This document shows positions 61,518 to 64,000 of a DNA stretch of 64,000 nt, piece after piece. Origin of the DNA: an uncultured Chloroflexia bacterium. GTDB lineage: Bacteria > Chloroflexota > Limnocylindria > QHBO01. Location: the NCBI GenBank assembly GCA_963825525.1, contig CAWGTN010000001.1, positions 225,787-289,786 on the forward strand, read 5' to 3'. The notes beneath the pieces are model-generated. The model saw only the letters and a list, made by a program, of their open reading frames with translations. It was not told where the DNA came from and ran no database searches. Position 1 is the stretch's first letter, and every line of letters starts with the position of its first letter. The translations under genes were made by a program, and so were the position numbers.

Positions 61518-61538
61518 AGACGGTCGGATCGATGCTCG

Positions 61539-61554
61539 GGGATAGCGGCGGCTT
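61539..61554 (+). repeat. Direct repeat B, copy 1
   Basis: GGGATAGCGGCGGCTT, identical to 61988-62003. Confidence 0.75.
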
Positions 61555-61565
61555 CCTCGCTCCCC

Positions 61566-61952
61566 TTACATGCAGGCCTCGGGCTCCGGAAGTTCCTCGA
61601 GCCGATGCAGGAAGAGGGGCACGCCCAAGCTGCTCTGATAGCCAGCCTCATCGGCATCGATCCGGACGATCCAGCCCTGGTCGAATGGGTTGCCGAATCC
61701 GGCCGGCGGGTTCCCTGATCCGTCGTTGAGTGGCCCCGGCCCTCTCGCCTCCCAGTGCTCGCCATCGAATTCGATGACGGTACCGTCGAGCCCGCAGTGC
61801 GTTAAGAGCTCGAACCGAACCCAGTCCCCGCCGCCTTCAATTGGCGGCGGCGCGGCCACGCTCGGACCGACGGCGGGTGGTGGCCCGGCCGAGCACGCTG
61901 CTAGCACGACCAGGGAAGCTGCAAGATATAGCAGGACAACCGGTGGCCTCAT
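61566..61952 (-). CDS. Lipoprotein (128 aa)
   Basis: Lipobox LAAC, LLTHCG..C-terminal Cys; TATAAC 6 nt upstream. Confidence 0.75.
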   Translation of the reverse strand: MRPPVVLLYLAASLVVLAACSAGPPPAVGPSVAAPPPIEGGGDWVRFELLTHCGLDGTVIEFDGEHWEARGPGPLNDGSGNPPAGFGNPFDQGWIVRIDADEAGYQSSLGVPLFLHRLEELPEPEACM

Positions 61953-61987
61953 GCTGCAGTTATATCCGACAGTCGCGAATATGTGTC

Positions 61988-62003
61988 GGGATAGCGGCGG
62001 CTT
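61988..62003 (+). repeat. Direct repeat B, copy 2
   Basis: GGGATAGCGGCGGCTT, overlapping the right arm of TATCCGACA..TGTCGGGATA. Confidence 0.75.
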
Positions 62004-62018
62004 TCGTATGCTCCGCGT

Positions 62019-62405
62019 ATGGACCATACGAGTCCGCGAGATGTTGCCCTCGCAGCGATTGACGAGCTGTGGGAGGGGCCCGCAGCGGCGTTCCTCGCAA
62101 TGGGCCGAGAGTCCGCTGCGCTTGATTGGGCCGCGCTTATCCCACTCTTTGTCGATATCGAAACGATTGCGCGGGATGCCCGAAAAGCACTCGAGCAATC
62201 TGCCGACCACGGCGAACCAGAACCGCTGCGGCAGGCCCGCCTCATCTTTCGGATGCTCGAGGCTGCGTCCGGCGTGATTCGGTACGCGTGGATTGGTGGG
62301 GACCATGGCTACGGGGACGACGTCGAGCCCTGGAGCTCCCTGGGGGGCCAAACGATGGGCATGCTCCCGACACTTCGCGAGTTCGTCGCGTCAGTTCCCG
62401 AATAA
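62019..62405 (+). CDS. Hypothetical helical protein (128 aa)
   Basis: Protein-like ORF; TATGCT 6 nt upstream of the ATG. Confidence 0.6.
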   Translation: MDHTSPRDVALAAIDELWEGPAAAFLAMGRESAALDWAALIPLFVDIETIARDARKALEQSADHGEPEPLRQARLIFRMLEAASGVIRYAWIGGDHGYGDDVEPWSSLGGQTMGMLPTLREFVASVPE

Positions 62406-62421
62406 TCCCGTGGCGCCACAG

Positions 62422-62444
62422 TTGACAGTGGCGCAAGCGCCACT
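62422..62444 (+). repeat. Direct repeat C (TTGAC plus hairpin), copy 1
   Basis: TTGACAGTGGCGCAAGCGCCACT; 22/23 match to 62827-62849. Confidence 0.85.
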
Positions 62445-62486
62445 CGATCACCAAGGCGCCGCGAGGGCTTGGTGTACCGTCGCCGC

Positions 62487-62813
62487 ATGCGCCGACGAAT
62501 CGCGGTGGGACCCGTGCTTGCGGTCTTTGTGCTGGCGCTTGCCGGGTGTTTGGTGTGGAAGCCGCGTAACACTGACGGCGTGATGATTGTGAACGCGACG
62601 TCCGAAACGGTGACCGTCGTCGTGTTGTATCCCTCTGGAGAGAGCGATCTCGTGACGTACCGCCCTGGAGAGTCGTCAGTAGAGAACAACATGCTCAACG
62701 CGGCCGACGGCTGCACGCGATTCGCGATGGTTGCTCGGGCCGAGGACGGGCGCGAGCTCGATCGACAGCCAGCTCCGATCTGCGTTGATGACGAGTGGCG
62801 CATCGAGGGGTGA
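62487..62813 (+). CDS. Lipoprotein (108 aa)
   Basis: MRRR, hydrophobic core, LAGC lipobox, Cys pair; TACCGT 6 nt upstream. Confidence 0.72.
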   Translation: MRRRIAVGPVLAVFVLALAGCLVWKPRNTDGVMIVNATSETVTVVVLYPSGESDLVTYRPGESSVENNMLNAADGCTRFAMVARAEDGRELDRQPAPICVDDEWRIEG

Positions 62814-62826
62814 CCGTGGGTCAAAC

Positions 62827-62849
62827 TTGACAGTGGCGTAAGCGCCACT
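62827..62849 (+). repeat. Direct repeat C, copy 2
   Basis: TTGACAGTGGCGTAAGCGCCACT. Confidence 0.85.
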
Positions 62850-62865
62850 GGAGCGCCGCGGCGGG

Positions 62866-63324
62866 TCAGAGGTATCCGGAGAGCCACAACACCAGAGCAA
62901 GCCCTCCGAGCCCACCTACGACGGTCAGGACGGAGCTCCACGACAGGTCCCAGTCCTCGCGACGGTACTTCAGGAAATCGTCATCAACTGATATGGACCC
63001 GGACTCTCGCGTGTTGGCCACCTTCGTGATCGCCAACCAGGCCAGGAGCAGGCCGCTCGCGAGAAGGAAGCCGCCGTACAGCCACTCCCATCCAGCGCGG
63101 CATCCTCGTACCCCGGTGCTGTTGCATTCATAGAACCCGGTCAGAATTCCGGCGCCGACGAGCATAAAAACGGCCGCGAAGGTGAGGAGAGCATTCCGCT
63201 GCCCGATTCGTCGCTGGAGCCATGCTGTGCCCTCGTATCCGACGCGGCGCGCCTGCCAGACGAACCAAAAGAACAAGCGGAAGGGGGCGGAGACCACCCA
63301 CCAGGCGAATCTGACAATCGGCAC
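62866..63324 (-). CDS. Hypothetical multi-pass membrane protein
   Basis: Three to four hydrophobic segments, Cys pair in a loop; TATTCT 6 nt upstream of the GTG. Confidence 0.68.
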   Translation of the reverse strand: MPIVRFAWWVVSAPFRLFFWFVWQARRVGYEGTAWLQRRIGQRNALLTFAAVFMLVGAGILTGFYECNSTGVRGCRAGWEWLYGGFLLASGLLLAWLAITKVANTRESGSISVDDDFLKYRREDWDLSWSSVLTVVGGLGGLALVLWLSGYL

Positions 63325-63575
63325 GGCCGGAGAATAACGCCCGGGACAGGCATGCTCCTACTTGACTGCGCCAACTCGTCGAAGCGCCTGAGGGAGGAAC
63401 TTAGCAGTGTCCCAAGCGCCGGTCGGAATCCCCGATGATCCCCCATGCCAGTGCTACGGTGATCCAATGCGTCGACTCCTTCGGCCCTTGGTCACGGCCG
63501 CTCGGCTACCACTCGCCTCGATAAGCGCGTGGTAAGCGACTCCGCCTAGCATGGGTTGAGCCGTCGCGATCCTCG

Positions 63576-63596
63576 TCATACCCGCCCGACCGGTGT
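63576..63596 (+). repeat. Direct repeat A, copy 2
   Basis: TCATACCCGCCCGACcGGTgT. Confidence 0.7.
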
Positions 63597-63649
63597 GAGG
63601 TACGCTCCGCGAGCTCAAGTCCCGAGCCGCTTTGGGGGAGATCAGCTCG

Positions 63650-63988
63650 ATGTTCATTCGGATCGTTTCGATGGTCGTCCTTGCCCTGCTCTTTGCAGGC
63701 GCCGGAGGCTCCGTTCGCGCTGGCTCAGTTGCCAATCGGCTTGAGGGCATTGATCGGTTCGAAACGGCTCAGCAGATCTACTTGACGCGGTATCCGGGTG
63801 GGTCTGTCCCGTTCATTCATGCCGTCTCGGGATTTAGCTGGCCAGATGCCCTCGTCGCCGGACCCGCCGCCGCGACAAGTAACGGGGTCATGCCAGGAGG
63901 CCCCGTCATCCTGACCTCAGAGACCAACAGCAAGTGGCTTTCGAAGATAAGCAATAGGTGGTGTTCTCCATCTACTGGTTCAGGTTGA
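63650..63988 (+). CDS. Secreted protein with one cell-wall-binding repeat 2 (CWB2)-like unit, possibly truncated
   Basis: GGGGAG RBS, signal peptide, RLEGIDRFETA, SGFSWPDALVAGPAAA..PVILT. Confidence 0.6.
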   Translation: MFIRIVSMVVLALLFAGAGGSVRAGSVANRLEGIDRFETAQQIYLTRYPGGSVPFIHAVSGFSWPDALVAGPAAATSNGVMPGGPVILTSETNSKWLSKISNRWCSPSTGSG

Positions 63989-64000
63989 GGTCTTGCTCTA

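Noticed and set aside
63337-63575. Additional small genes in this gap
   Set aside because: Only short, broken frames without a convincing start or composition; probably a decayed remnant.
61490-63600. Possible CRISPR array or classical integron
   Set aside because: Each repeat occurs only twice with ~400-2000 bp spacing, there are no cas or intI genes, and no RYYYAAC/GTTRRRY attC ends.

Overview
High-GC bacterial chromosome segment, probably Chloroflexota (a Limnocylindria/Ellin6529-like lineage; this is inferred from gene content and order, not from a search). It is mostly core genome. In order: the rpoD 3' tail, a CHASE3-HAMP-GAF-GGDEF cyclase, tRNA-Asn, parAB, a CAU tRNA (probably Ile2), a propionyl-CoA to succinyl-CoA/TCA cluster (acyl-CoA carboxylase, methylmalonyl-CoA mutase and epimerase, sucCD, icd, sdhCDAB), rnhA, RNase P RNA, a nearly complete dcw cluster (mraZ to ftsZ-yggS-yggT, lacking murC and murE), tRNA-Val, menG, a GT4 glycosyltransferase, NUDIX plus gcvTHP, an ECF sigma/anti-sigma pair, a dpp/opp ABC system, NAD synthetase and ssb. 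The last ~2.6 kb is accessory DNA. Most notable observations: (1) a cassette-like array of small self-promoted genes bounded by three distinct nested direct-repeat pairs (61.5-63.6 kb); (2) an apparently circularly permuted, Cys-rich family-5 peptide-binding protein; (3) a reduced RNase P RNA lacking P13/P14 and P18; (4) DnaA-box clusters upstream of both ftsZ and parA; (5) pervasive leaderless -10/start-codon architecture; (6) two probable single-base insertions in the NAD synthetase locus. All calls were made by eye; no database searches were run.
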